From: Candidatus Helarchaeota archaeon | GTDB lineage: Archaea; Asgardarchaeota; Lokiarchaeia; Helarchaeales; RDOG01 | Length of the DNA stretch: 64,000 nucleotides | NCBI GenBank assembly: GCA_019058315.1 | Contig: JAHPZH010000001.1 | Span: 471,536-535,535 of the forward strand | Direction: 5' to 3' | Shown: one piece after another, positions 48,345 through 59,288 of the stretch | How positions within the stretch are numbered: position 1 is the first letter of the stretch | Layout: each line of letters opens with the position of its first letter | Program-made: the position numbers and the translations under genes | Notes under the pieces: model-generated | Told to the model about the DNA's origin: nothing | What the model saw: only the letters and a program-made list of their open reading frames with translations | Database searches by the model: none

Positions 48345-51300
48345 TTATGAATCTCCAAATAATACTACTTTTAATTTGTCTTTTTTCTTTTTAACTCTAG
48401 GTTTCTTTTTTATTCTTTTTTTCAGCCAACTACCTGATCTTCTAGCTGCATTGATGCTTGGTGAAAATACTGCTGAAAACATATTATTAAGGACTGCTGC
48501 CAATTTGCTTGGTTTTCCTAATTTTCTCCAAAACGGTAATAGTAATAGAGTTGAAAATGTCATATCGAAGAATGAATTTTTCTTTAGCTTATCAAAACAT
48601 TCATCAGTATACCATCTAGGTCTAACTTCCTCTCTGAGTCTTCCTCTAAAATTTTTTAATCGATTATATTGGGTCTTATTTATCGTACCTCTCTCCAACG
48701 ACCTCTTCCATAACTTTTGCCTCCCCTTTAACCATGTAATTAGATTTTTATAAGCTAATCTTTGAATTTCATAAGATGTACGTCTTTTAAAATACAACCA
48801 TTCGACAATTAAGGCAAAGAAGACAATAAATATTATATAAATAAGGGGATCAGATAAAAATTGCTGAGTAGGTGTTGGTTCTAGTGGTGTTAAAGGTAAA
48901 AATGGAACCCTTATTGTGTAAACTTGAAAAACTGGATAAGTTATAGAATATGAGAATGAGGTAGATACGGGTTCGTAAGTAACTTTTGGATGAATAACAG
49001 ATACATCTGCCCAATAAGTAATATTGAGTGTTCCATTTAGATCTCTAACTTCAAAGAAAATAGTTCTGCCTCTCCAGTCAATGCTAGAGTTTTTTTGCTC
49101 GAAAGGATTAATTTCTATGAAGGGTTTAAATCTTAATTCTCCTGAATCATTATCATACGTTAAATCTAACATATCTAGAGTCAAATTATAATAATCATTG
49201 TCCAAAATATTAATGTAGTCTTGACCATTCCACATGTAAAACCTACATTGATTCATTGTAATAGTATTGTTATCATCTTTTAAAATAACAACAAAATAAT
49301 TCAATCTTAATAGATCTTTGCTATCATTGTTGTAGATTTCGAACCAAGTTAAATTTCTGGATCCAAAGTCAATGGGTTCTGTTGTATTTTTTTGAATAAT
49401 TTCATAATTTGGATTATAACCAGGTTCTCTAACTTCCGGCTTACCTGTATATTCTCTCTGAGCTAAAGTAACTTGCCCAACTTCATCTAATGCCATAATA
49501 GTTTGTATTTGATAAATCATTAAATTAAATAATCCTATTCCACTAGGAATCTGAACATCAGCTAAATCTTCAAGATTGATATCCATTCCGTCCATTCCAA
49601 AATCCAACATAGAATCTAGTCCAAGGTTCATATCTGTATCCATGCCCATAAAATCTTCCATAACTTCATCCAAATCATCATATATCATCTCAAATATTCT
49701 ATCACTTAAATCATAATGGAATGTAATTGAATCTTTAGTAGTACAAAATTGAAATGTAGGAATTTGTCCAGTTATTTGATGTGTCCAAAGAATCGAAATA
49801 TTTGAAGTATCTGTTATATTTAAGCAATAAACCAAATTCTCATCTGAGCCAATTACTATTTCTGGTATGCTATCATTAGTTACATCCCCTACTGTAATAC
49901 TCTTAATCTCACCAGTGATATTATATATCCATAAAAGCTGACCGTCTGTCCCATTTAATGAATAAAGGTTATTGTCACTAGACGCAGCTAAAATTTCTTT
50001 TTTTCCATCTAAATCAATATCTTCTATTACTAAATCGTCAATAGGACCATTAGTTTCATAAGCCCACAGAAATTCTCCTGTATCTCCTTCATATATATAA
50101 ATTTTCTTATTTCCTGATCCAACTATAATCTCTTTAATTCCATCATTATCAAGATCTTCAACCATTAATTTAGTAACAACTCCCATTGTCAATTGACTAT
50201 CCCATAGATTTGAACCATTTAATAGATCATGAGAATATAAAATTCCATTCATATTAATAAAAATTAATTCCTTATTACCATCATTTTCTATATCTGCGAC
50301 TTCAAATGATTGTCCAATCCAACCCGAAGAAATTTCCCACTCTTTGTTTTGATTATTTGTATTGTTAAACACCAATCTTAATTCTGGGGTTGTTTCTAGT
50401 GTACCATTTATTGCGTAAACCTTATCCTCAGTAAATATTAGTAGCATATAGAAATTGGGATTTAGTGCATCTGAGCAATTTATTATGTATGGTGTTTGGA
50501 TTATACCCAGATTTGGACCTATGTAGGTATGATTTATGTATGTTGTCCCATTAAAGAATTGAGTTTCATTTAGTAGGTCTTCTCGTGAATCTATTAGATT
50601 TCCTGTATAATTTATAAGATATGTGAAGGAACTTGCATTTGAAAAATAATAATATTTTATATAGACTGTATCATTAGGCGTATCCAAATCCCTTCCTAAG
50701 GTTATATTATATCCATAAATCGAGCCACCAGGAAAATAATTAATACCTGTCTGATCAGATTCATTCCATACTCCGATTATAGTTTTTGGATAAAAATCCA
50801 TTGTAACAGTAGTAGCACTCTTTTTTGTATAATTTATTACCAAATCTGTTTGATTTGAGTTAAGATCTGGGCCGAGATGTATTGTTCTACCAACAAAATA
50901 CGCTCCAGCACTTTCATTATAATAGTTAGTTGCACCTGGAAATGGTTCTTTACTTGTAAAATCAAACTCACTCCGATTCCAAACTCCGATAATCGCTTGG
51001 GTTTCATAAGTGCTTATATTATAATTAACTTCTACAGTGCGATTATCTATCGAAGTTTGATTTTCTAATATATTTTCAGTAAAAATAGTTGAATTTTGTG
51101 TTTCATTTGCCATAAGCCATTGATTATCGATATTTAATACATTTGCTCTTATAATATTATTATCATCAAATGACATATCAATTATAGGACCCTCAGTCCT
51201 AAAATCCCATAAAAGATCCCTATTACTACTATTCAAAGCTCTAATTTCATATGTGGGGTAAAAACCATTTACTGCGACAATCGTATCATTTTCATTATCA

Positions 51301-54300
51301 TTATTAATATCCTTAATTAATATAGGATTCAAATTTAATCCCTTTGGAAAGTCTGAATATTGTGTGTAATTTTGGAAAATTGCATAATCTTCTAATCCCA
51401 AAAATGATTGAAGGGATAAAGTCTCTAATATTTGGTTTAGAGCGGAAGTACCTTGATTAATTGTTATATTTGTAACAAATCTCGAATGTACCCTAGGATC
51501 TGTATAAATTTTACATTGAGTTAAAAATTCGTAATTTCCAAATTGAGTCAAGAGATCCATATCAGTTGTAAGACCAGTAGGTAATGGTATATCCATCGAT
51601 GGTGTGGGTTCAAAGGGAGACGTTGTTAAATTTAACATTTCATCAAAAGAAGAAAATAAATTTATGATATCAAATTGTGAAACAAATATTATAGGTTTAT
51701 ATGGTCCAATATCTGGTGAGATAGTGGAATTTAAAATTAAAATTTGCTTAGATAAAGACATTGTAAGATTTCCTATTATTCTAATCAATGGACTAGTTCT
51801 TATGTCAAATAAATGTGCAATGAATGGATATATTGCAGGTAAGGTTTGATTTTGTCCTGGAAATGCATATTGATACGGTGGAACATTTGTTATATTAAAT
51901 CCAAATAAAGGATCAGCAAACATATAAAATGAATAATTTACTACAAGGTCAAGTGGGTGACCAATGGGAACTTTGAATGTTATATTATTTCCTTCATAAG
52001 TTCCTTTTAATGCAGGGTTACCAGGAACTGGATCATATAAATTAGTTGCACCTGCTAATGGTAAACCAGTTGTATAATTGAATTGAGACCTATCCCAAAC
52101 TCCAATAACTCCACTTAATGGATCAGCTGTTTCAGCACTTATCCTTTGTGACACATTTGTTAGATAATCGTTAATAGATGTGGTATTCTCAATAGTGTTT
52201 AATGTAAGTTGGAATAATGATGGACCAGTTCCATTATATACATATGTTAAATTTTCTACTCTTGGTGGATAGGAAATAAAGACATTCTGTAGCTGGATCT
52301 CTACATATAAATTAGTAGTTGACTCACTCGTTACTGTTAAATTGGCAAATACTTTTACATTCAAATCATAAATATCAAAAGGTTTAAGAATTACGTGGAA
52401 TTTATCATCTTTACCCATAATAACTAGATCTGAATATCCATCACCATCTAAATCTCCCGATGCTAATCCTTTAATTCCATAGTCGGTTGTGTTTAAATTA
52501 TACTCCAAAATTTTACTAAATTTATTGTTTCCAACACTTTCATAAAATAAAATACTTCCATTCTCAGTAGCGGTTATAATTTCATTTTTATCATCCAAAT
52601 CAAAATCTTCTAATATTAAATTAGTGATAGATGTGGCATTGGAAATTTCTGAACTAATATTAATGGATGAGGTATGTATATATCCCTCTAAAGTCTTGAT
52701 TATGATAGTTTGCGTAGGATCTGTATCATTATTAATTACTTGTGTAGAAATATTAGGTTTAAATATATTAATCCATGTTTCATTATGGGTAATTATTTCT
52801 ATATTATTATCCGAATCAGAATCACCTGTTATTATACCTAAATTATAATTTGATAAATTTTTTAATGGCATAAAACCCAAACTGGTATTTTCAAATATTG
52901 AAATCTGCGTATTATTTGAACATAGAATTTCTTCACGTGTATCTTGGTCTGTATCTCCATGAGCAAGAGAATAACATGAACCATCTATATTTTTTGACCA
53001 TTTTTTAGACCAATTAATCATTCCACTTTCCCAAGTACCATTTATAACATATACTGAACCATTATCTAAACCAATAACAAACTCATCATTAGCATCTTTA
53101 TCCAAATTAAGACCATCTTCTACTAACAAAGATAGAATTCCACCATTTTGAAATGCAATATTATAAGATTCAAAGTTACTCAAATCTAACGTCGTATTAA
53201 ATTCAAAAAAAGTTAAATTTCCCTTTCCATCATTATCAGTAAGTCCAACAAATAATTCTTTATTATTGTCTTGATCCATATCTCCAGTCCCAATACATTT
53301 ATGATTAACTGTTCCATTTAATGGAGGTGAATCCCAAATTGATAGATATTGGTCTCCTTGCCTTTGGAATATTGAGATATTAGTATAATCATTACCAGCT
53401 TGTGTCCAATTATATGCAACGATAATTTCAGAAACTCCACTTTTATCCAAATCATTACTTACTGCTATAGCAGTGAGATTTCCTGTAAATAGAGGACTAT
53501 CCCATGTATTATTTTCAGCTAGCGAAAAATTGTATAATTCTATATCAACAGGGTTTCCCAACAAAGCAAGTAACTGTGAACCAATTGCTTGAACCGTAGA
53601 ATTTTCAATTAAATCTAATTCATCCGATATGATATCCTCTCCAAAAGGATATCCAATTAAAATCGATGAATTCAATATACCTCGAATATTTTCAAAAGCT
53701 ATTAGATTTCTAATTAAACCTGGTCCATTAATCATATTATCCAATAATTCGGTAATTGAAAATCCTTCAATATGAACTAGTGTATTCAGAATAGTATTAA
53801 ATACTGTATAATCAGTCATCAAAATTCCTGTTAATAATTCGAGTAACGGGGATAACATAGTAACTTGATCCAGCATTGATTCAATAGTTAAATATGCCCA
53901 GTACCCTTCTAAACCTGTAACTAACCCTAACATTGCATTTAAAGCACTAATTGCTGCATAAAATGTTTCTGGACTTCTAATTATGTCTATCCGTAGAGGT
54001 TCAAACTCAAGAAGTCCCCAACCCCCTCCCTCTATTATTTGAACAGTTGTATTAAAAATAATTGGATCGTCACCCAAAAGTCCGAGAAAGGTAATTTGAT
54101 TTACACCACTAATCTCATTACTCATAATTGGAGGAGTTGAGAATCTAGGTTCTCCCAAAATATCCAACGGAAGCGCCAGCGTAACCATGGCAATATTAAT
54201 AGGCTGAACTGTATCAGTGGTTACAAATAATCCTCCACCATTGTTAGTTAGGGTTATAGAAATTGTTAAATTTGAATCTATTGGTGTTTGTAATTTAAAG

Positions 54301-54878
54301 GTACTATCTTCTCTTTCAGGTTCTGTTGTAACTCCATCTACTGCATAACTAATGCTAAGATTTACAGGAAGTTGTTTATCTTGTTCGACTAAGTAACTTA
54401 ATGTTTTTGAGTCCTCCTTCTCAATTAGAAGTTTTGACCAATTTAAAATTAGGAGCCCATGTTCATTGGTAACATTTGGCATATCAGTACCTTCAGCTGG
54501 ATTTACCTCATATCCCCCTTCAACGCGATCAAAAAAGTCAATGGATACATCCTCAGAATGATTATTAGAAATTTCAATATTAATTTGAGTTGTACTTTTT
54601 TGTAATTCTCCAATTGCGTTATATTCAGCAGTTATTACTTCTGACTTTGACACTCTAACATCTTCAATATTACCTGTTTGAGCAGAATCCAAGTTAACAA
54701 CATTATCATGTTCAATATTGTTTAAAGTATATGGCTCAAATTGAACTGGAGTTATTACTGATCTGTTTAAAATAGAAAATATTATAAGAAAACTAAGTAA
54801 AACCAAACTCGTATAATGAAACGTTTTTCTAATTCTTTTATTCATTTGATTCCTTCCTCTTTTTTTTAAATTGGTCAA
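48345..54878 (-). CDS. Giant membrane-anchored surface glycoprotein with FG-GAP/PQQ-like beta-propellers
   Basis: N-terminal hydrophobic signal, about 12 DxDxDG-type Ca-binding loops, many NxS/T sequons, C-terminal TM and basic cytoplasmic tail. Confidence 0.88.
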   Translation of the reverse strand: MTNLKKRGRNQMNKRIRKTFHYTSLVLLSFLIIFSILNRSVITPVQFEPYTLNNIEHDNVVNLDSAQTGNIEDVRVSKSEVITAEYNAIGELQKSTTQINIEISNNHSEDVSIDFFDRVEGGYEVNPAEGTDMPNVTNEHGLLILNWSKLLIEKEDSKTLSYLVEQDKQLPVNLSISYAVDGVTTEPEREDSTFKLQTPIDSNLTISITLTNNGGGLFVTTDTVQPINIAMVTLALPLDILGEPRFSTPPIMSNEISGVNQITFLGLLGDDPIIFNTTVQIIEGGGWGLLEFEPLRIDIIRSPETFYAAISALNAMLGLVTGLEGYWAYLTIESMLDQVTMLSPLLELLTGILMTDYTVFNTILNTLVHIEGFSITELLDNMINGPGLIRNLIAFENIRGILNSSILIGYPFGEDIISDELDLIENSTVQAIGSQLLALLGNPVDIELYNFSLAENNTWDSPLFTGNLTAIAVSNDLDKSGVSEIIVAYNWTQAGNDYTNISIFQRQGDQYLSIWDSPPLNGTVNHKCIGTGDMDQDNNKELFVGLTDNDGKGNLTFFEFNTTLDLSNFESYNIAFQNGGILSLLVEDGLNLDKDANDEFVIGLDNGSVYVINGTWESGMINWSKKWSKNIDGSCYSLAHGDTDQDTREEILCSNNTQISIFENTSLGFMPLKNLSNYNLGIITGDSDSDNNIEIITHNETWINIFKPNISTQVINNDTDPTQTIIIKTLEGYIHTSSINISSEISNATSITNLILEDFDLDDKNEIITATENGSILFYESVGNNKFSKILEYNLNTTDYGIKGLASGDLDGDGYSDLVIMGKDDKFHVILKPFDIYDLNVKVFANLTVTSESTTNLYVEIQLQNVFISYPPRVENLTYVYNGTGPSLFQLTLNTIENTTSINDYLTNVSQRISAETADPLSGVIGVWDRSQFNYTTGLPLAGATNLYDPVPGNPALKGTYEGNNITFKVPIGHPLDLVVNYSFYMFADPLFGFNITNVPPYQYAFPGQNQTLPAIYPFIAHLFDIRTSPLIRIIGNLTMSLSKQILILNSTISPDIGPYKPIIFVSQFDIINLFSSFDEMLNLTTSPFEPTPSMDIPLPTGLTTDMDLLTQFGNYEFLTQCKIYTDPRVHSRFVTNITINQGTSALNQILETLSLQSFLGLEDYAIFQNYTQYSDFPKGLNLNPILIKDINNDNENDTIVAVNGFYPTYEIRALNSSNRDLLWDFRTEGPIIDMSFDDNNIIRANVLNIDNQWLMANETQNSTIFTENILENQTSIDNRTVEVNYNISTYETQAIIGVWNRSEFDFTSKEPFPGATNYYNESAGAYFVGRTIHLGPDLNSNQTDLVINYTKKSATTVTMDFYPKTIIGVWNESDQTGINYFPGGSIYGYNITLGRDLDTPNDTVYIKYYYFSNASSFTYLINYTGNLIDSREDLLNETQFFNGTTYINHTYIGPNLGIIQTPYIINCSDALNPNFYMLLIFTEDKVYAINGTLETTPELRLVFNNTNNQNKEWEISSGWIGQSFEVADIENDGNKELIFINMNGILYSHDLLNGSNLWDSQLTMGVVTKLMVEDLDNDGIKEIIVGSGNKKIYIYEGDTGEFLWAYETNGPIDDLVIEDIDLDGKKEILAASSDNNLYSLNGTDGQLLWIYNITGEIKSITVGDVTNDSIPEIVIGSDENLVYCLNITDTSNISILWTHQITGQIPTFQFCTTKDSITFHYDLSDRIFEMIYDDLDEVMEDFMGMDTDMNLGLDSMLDFGMDGMDINLEDLADVQIPSGIGLFNLMIYQIQTIMALDEVGQVTLAQREYTGKPEVREPGYNPNYEIIQKNTTEPIDFGSRNLTWFEIYNNDSKDLLRLNYFVVILKDDNNTITMNQCRFYMWNGQDYINILDNDYYNLTLDMLDLTYDNDSGELRFKPFIEINPFEQKNSSIDWRGRTIFFEVRDLNGTLNITYWADVSVIHPKVTYEPVSTSFSYSITYPVFQVYTIRVPFLPLTPLEPTPTQQFLSDPLIYIIFIVFFALIVEWLYFKRRTSYEIQRLAYKNLITWLKGRQKLWKRSLERGTINKTQYNRLKNFRGRLREEVRPRWYTDECFDKLKKNSFFDMTFSTLLLLPFWRKLGKPSKLAAVLNNMFSAVFSPSINAARRSGSWLKKRIKKKPRVKKKKDKLKVVLFGDS

Positions 54879-55830
54879 AAATGAATACTTCTTTAGTTGA
54901 AGTAATTTCTGCCATTATTCTTTGTTGAAGGTGCGTAATTCTATTAACATAATCTTCTCTGGCTTTTCTAAATAATATTGGGTCAAGTTCATCTTTTCGT
55001 TTTAAAAATAGCTCAAACTCAGTCTTATATAATTGCAATTCTCTCTTCGATGTCTCAAGCTTTGCTATTTTGGCTTGTGTTGATTCATACATTCTTTTAG
55101 CAATATGATCAGTAGGAGGTGACACACCTGGGGGAACATCTAAAGAAATTTTACCATCAATTACATAAATTGAACGTGAAGCTACTCCTGCAACTCCAGG
55201 ATCATGAGTTACAATTACAAATGTTTGACCAAGTTCTCGGTTTAGTCTTTTCATCAACCTTAAAACTTCTACACCTGTAGCTGTATCTATACTTCCTGTT
55301 GGTTCATCACATAAAATTAAGGCTGGATCATTTGAGAATGCACGAGCTATAGATACACGTTGTTGTTGACCTCCGCTTAATTCCGTTGGTCTATGGTTAA
55401 TCCTATCTCCAAGCCCAACAAGGTTTAGAAGCTCTTTAGCTTTCTCTCGAGCTTCATTTGCGGATAAATCACCTGCAAATAACATCGGTAACTCGACATT
55501 TTCACGTGCAGTTAAAAGGGGTAATAAATTAAAAAATTGAAATACAAATCCTATCTTACGTCCTCGATAATGAGCAAGTCTTCCTTCATCATAATCTGTA
55601 ATATCTGCCCCATCAACTATTACTCGCCCTGATGTTGGTCGATCTAATGCACCAACCATATTTAATAAAGTAGTTTTCCCCGAACCGCTTGGTCCCATAA
55701 TAACACTGAACTCTCGTTCTTCAATATCAAGTAGTACTCCTTTAAGTGCTTGAACCTTTATTTTACCTAAATCATAGATTTTTGTGACCATCTTCAGTTC
55801 AATCATTTTTTTGACCATTTTATTCACCAT
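54838..55830 (-). CDS. ABC ATPase, LolD/MacB type, with C-terminal helical extension
   Basis: GPSGSGKT, LSGGQQQRV, DEPTG, VTHD. Confidence 0.95.
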   Translation of the reverse strand: MVNKMVKKMIELKMVTKIYDLGKIKVQALKGVLLDIEEREFSVIMGPSGSGKTTLLNMVGALDRPTSGRVIVDGADITDYDEGRLAHYRGRKIGFVFQFFNLLPLLTARENVELPMLFAGDLSANEAREKAKELLNLVGLGDRINHRPTELSGGQQQRVSIARAFSNDPALILCDEPTGSIDTATGVEVLRLMKRLNRELGQTFVIVTHDPGVAGVASRSIYVIDGKISLDVPPGVSPPTDHIAKRMYESTQAKIAKLETSKRELQLYKTEFELFLKRKDELDPILFRKAREDYVNRITHLQQRIMAEITSTKEVFIFDQFKKKRKESNE

Positions 55831-55881
55831 AACATAATTATAATAGAAAGAAAAAATGAAGAAAAAGAGAATTTTAAATTC

Positions 55882-57048
55882 TCATTCATATCTGAGTGCT
55901 TCAACTGGTTTCACGCTAGCTGCACGCCATGAAGGATATAAGGCCGAGATAAAACCAATCCCGATGCTCATAGAGATGCCTATTACGAATAACCACCATG
56001 GAAATTCATAAGGAAGCCCAAATGTCGATATTTTACCTATAAATTCGGAAAGTATTGTAACCCCAAGAACTGATAGAAGACAACCTAATATACCACCAAT
56101 AGCAGACATGATTAATGCTTCGGTTATAAAAATTTGAAGGACTTGACTTCTTTGGCCACCAATAGATTTAATCATTCCAATAGCTCTTGTCTCTTCCAAT
56201 ACTCTTGTCATCGTTGAATTCATAATTTGCATCGCTCCTACCATTAGAGTAATCCCTGCCATCACACCTAATACTATATTAATAAGTTGGATTACAGAAT
56301 TAGCCATTGCCAAAATTTGTTCAGATTCTATAACCTCTGCCTTAGGAAAAGCATCTCGAATAACTTCAGCTACACTATGTGCAAATGCATTATCATCAAC
56401 TTCAACGAAGATCATTTGAACATTATTTGTTGCCATAATGTTTTGTAAACCATCTAAAGTCATAATTATCGATGAATCAGTAGTTGTTTCACCAGTTGAT
56501 GATAAAAAACCAACAATTTCTAAGACAACTGTGCCTGAAGAAATAAGACCTGATAAAACTATTTTATCTCCAATCCTTTTACCTAAAGACAACTTGAGAC
56601 CATATCCACATACACATTTATCATAATCTTCAGGCCTATTCTTTAATTCTCTCCCTTCTATCACCTGTACAGGAACCATTAATGTTAATTTGCTAGGATC
56701 AATCCCTACAACCGGAGCAAATTCCCCTTCAACGGTCATGAAATTCGTAATTATTCCTGCTGTATCAGTAACATGAGGTATTGAAGCAATAATATTGACT
56801 GTTTCTTCAGGTATTTCGGGTCGTGTACCTCGCATTTCCGAAGTTACGATTATAGGGGCACCAACAAAAGCTCTAAGAATATCCTCTATTTGTGTTCTCA
56901 TCCCTAAGGTGATTGAAATTAAAGATACAAAGGTTGTGATGCCCACCAAAATACCAATTATTGTTAAAGCTGACCGTAACTTTCGTTTGCTCATACTGCG
57001 GAATGCCATTAGTAAGGAGAATTTAAATAGTCTCGTTCGACGACCCAT
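55882..57048 (-). CDS. ABC permease, MacB/FtsX family
   Basis: RSALTIIGI.VG, periplasmic domain, E.T..IG..K.IG, YPSWRAA.VKPVEALRYE. Confidence 0.95.
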   Translation of the reverse strand: MGRRTRLFKFSLLMAFRSMSKRKLRSALTIIGILVGITTFVSLISITLGMRTQIEDILRAFVGAPIIVTSEMRGTRPEIPEETVNIIASIPHVTDTAGIITNFMTVEGEFAPVVGIDPSKLTLMVPVQVIEGRELKNRPEDYDKCVCGYGLKLSLGKRIGDKIVLSGLISSGTVVLEIVGFLSSTGETTTDSSIIMTLDGLQNIMATNNVQMIFVEVDDNAFAHSVAEVIRDAFPKAEVIESEQILAMANSVIQLINIVLGVMAGITLMVGAMQIMNSTMTRVLEETRAIGMIKSIGGQRSQVLQIFITEALIMSAIGGILGCLLSVLGVTILSEFIGKISTFGLPYEFPWWLFVIGISMSIGIGFISALYPSWRAASVKPVEALRYE

Positions 57049-57574
57049 TTCAAAACCTTATTTGATTCAAATAATTAATTTCTGTAATAATCATGAATTA
57101 TGATAATATATAGTATACTATTCTTCTTACTACTAAAAAATAAAAAAATAAAAATAATGTTTCGGTTCGTTCTTTTTATTCTTGCTAACTATACATTATG
57201 ATAGAAATTTTATCCATCTTATAATAATTATACAGTTTCACTTACGCTCAAATAACTAAGAAGAAAGAAGTTATTTATTCAATTATTACTTTATCCAATA
57301 ATCACTACTATACAATCACACCATCGAAAAATTCTATCATGAAATATGTTAAAAATCACCTTAGAATCAAGAATTGGAATACTAAACTGACAGTTAATAA
57401 ATTAAATTATAATAAATAATATACTTAATAGAAAAAAAACATAAAATAAAATTTAAGATACAATTAACTAATTTATTTTTTTAAAAATTAAAAAAAAAGT
57501 TAAATTTTGTAATAGAGTATTTGAGCTATCATAATATTTATCGAAATCATTGAACCCTTTAAACCCCATTTATT

Positions 57575-58039
57575 TTAAAATTTCTCCTGTGATACAAGGC
57601 CAAATGATATTGATCCAAAGATAAGACAAACGCCCATGACAATTATATTGACAATGTCCCATGTTAAAGCCCTTGTCAATAAACTTATGTAACTAATCTG
57701 CGTTATTACAAAAAGGAAATACGGATCTATAAGAATTATCAATATTAAAAAGAAAGTTTCGCTTGCAATACTTTGTTGAATACCAATTATACTAAGAACC
57801 ATAATAAAAATAAAACCTATCCAAGTGCCCATACCAACTCCGAATCCTGTACCTGATAAACCTTTACTGTTCCAAATGCCACCCATCATAATTAGAATGC
57901 ACATATTAATATTAATTATAACGCAGAGTACTCCAAGCATTCCAAGTATAGGTGAAGTCGTCATATAGGGTATAAAGAGAAGTACTATTGATGTAATCAT
58001 AGCTAAAAGTCCTAAAACGAATCCTGATGTGTTTTCCAT
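57575..58039 (-). CDS. Membrane protein
   Basis: Four to five hydrophobic helices. Confidence 0.75.
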   Translation of the reverse strand: MENTSGFVLGLLAMITSIVLLFIPYMTTSPILGMLGVLCVIININMCILIMMGGIWNSKGLSGTGFGVGMGTWIGFIFIMVLSIIGIQQSIASETFFLILIILIDPYFLFVITQISYISLLTRALTWDIVNIIVMGVCLIFGSISFGLVSQEKF

Positions 58040-58241
58040 GACTATCCCAACTGTTATTAGTTAGTATATTCTAATATTAATTGGGACGAATTTAAATATT
58101 TCTCTTTTTTTGAATATAGATTAACATTCTACTTATACGCAACTATAGATTTTTAAATAACTAGGATAATAAGAATTTAAAAGCAAATATCTGAAAAGTC
58201 TACTCGTAATTATTTATTAATTTTCTATTTCAATAAGCTGA

Positions 58242-59144
58242 ATGATCATGGCAGAAAATGAGAAAAAAGAAGAAAATTCAGAAAAAGACATAACAAAACA
58301 AGCTCGTGAAAATATACCTATAGAAGTTTGGAATACATTACCCGACCATATTAAAAAGGAAATTGACCCTAATTACGAACCACCGCCACCTGAACCCATA
58401 TTCAAAGGTGTTTCCCCAGATCTAGCCGATTCCCTTAACCGTTTACGCGATGGATTTGAAAAAATTGGTCTCACTCTTATTGGTCGAATGGGTGAATTTG
58501 CAACCACTCTTGAACGTGTCATGATGGCAGTGGCTCGAATAGATAAAGTCGAAAATCTGGTTTCAGAAATAAAATACTTTCTTAAGGGACTTCAAAAAAC
58601 CCTTGATAATGTGGATTCGACTTTAAATAAATTGGATACGACTGTTATTGCATTTGAATTGGAGAATATTAAAAAAATGTTACAAAGTGGAATTCCAACT
58701 GCATCAACTCCTGTGAATCCTCAACCTGTAAAAGTCAACCCCAAACCAGCTCCAGTAAGTATTAACGTAGAAAATTCTAAGACGGCAGAACCAGCTCCAA
58801 AACCAGCAGCTCCAATACAAGCAGAAGCAGAAGTTATTAGTTCTGGAGATCTACCTCTTGAAAAACTTATAAAAGAAAAAACTACACCAAAAGAGAAGGT
58901 CCAAAAAGTATTCGCTTTTATGAATAATTTACTTAATTCAGAGATATCTTATCCGATACTAGTAAAAAACCTTGAATTAACCCGGGATGCAATTTCACAA
59001 TGTTACAAATGGGTTCCTACATTGTATGATATCGGTAAATCCGTTAGAAAATATAAACCAAAAAAGGATCCTAAGTTATCTCCTGAAACTATAAATGAAA
59101 TTAGACAGAATCTTGAGCAATGGGAGAAAACGATTCTCGGTTAA
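58242..59144 (+). CDS. Hypothetical protein: coiled coil, Pro/Ala linker, C-terminal helical domain
   Basis: Heptad region followed by a PVNPQPVKVNPKPAP linker. Confidence 0.8.
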   Translation: MIMAENEKKEENSEKDITKQARENIPIEVWNTLPDHIKKEIDPNYEPPPPEPIFKGVSPDLADSLNRLRDGFEKIGLTLIGRMGEFATTLERVMMAVARIDKVENLVSEIKYFLKGLQKTLDNVDSTLNKLDTTVIAFELENIKKMLQSGIPTASTPVNPQPVKVNPKPAPVSINVENSKTAEPAPKPAAPIQAEAEVISSGDLPLEKLIKEKTTPKEKVQKVFAFMNNLLNSEISYPILVKNLELTRDAISQCYKWVPTLYDIGKSVRKYKPKKDPKLSPETINEIRQNLEQWEKTILG

Positions 59145-59288
59145 TTAAATATTTTTATACCTTACTTTTATTAATTAGTCCCATATGACAACTAACATAA
59201 TTAAATATTAGGAAAATTTCATATGTTTTTTTTCCAAAGAGAATAAAAAATTTAAATTGGTAGGCATAACCCTGAAAAAAATTAAGGA

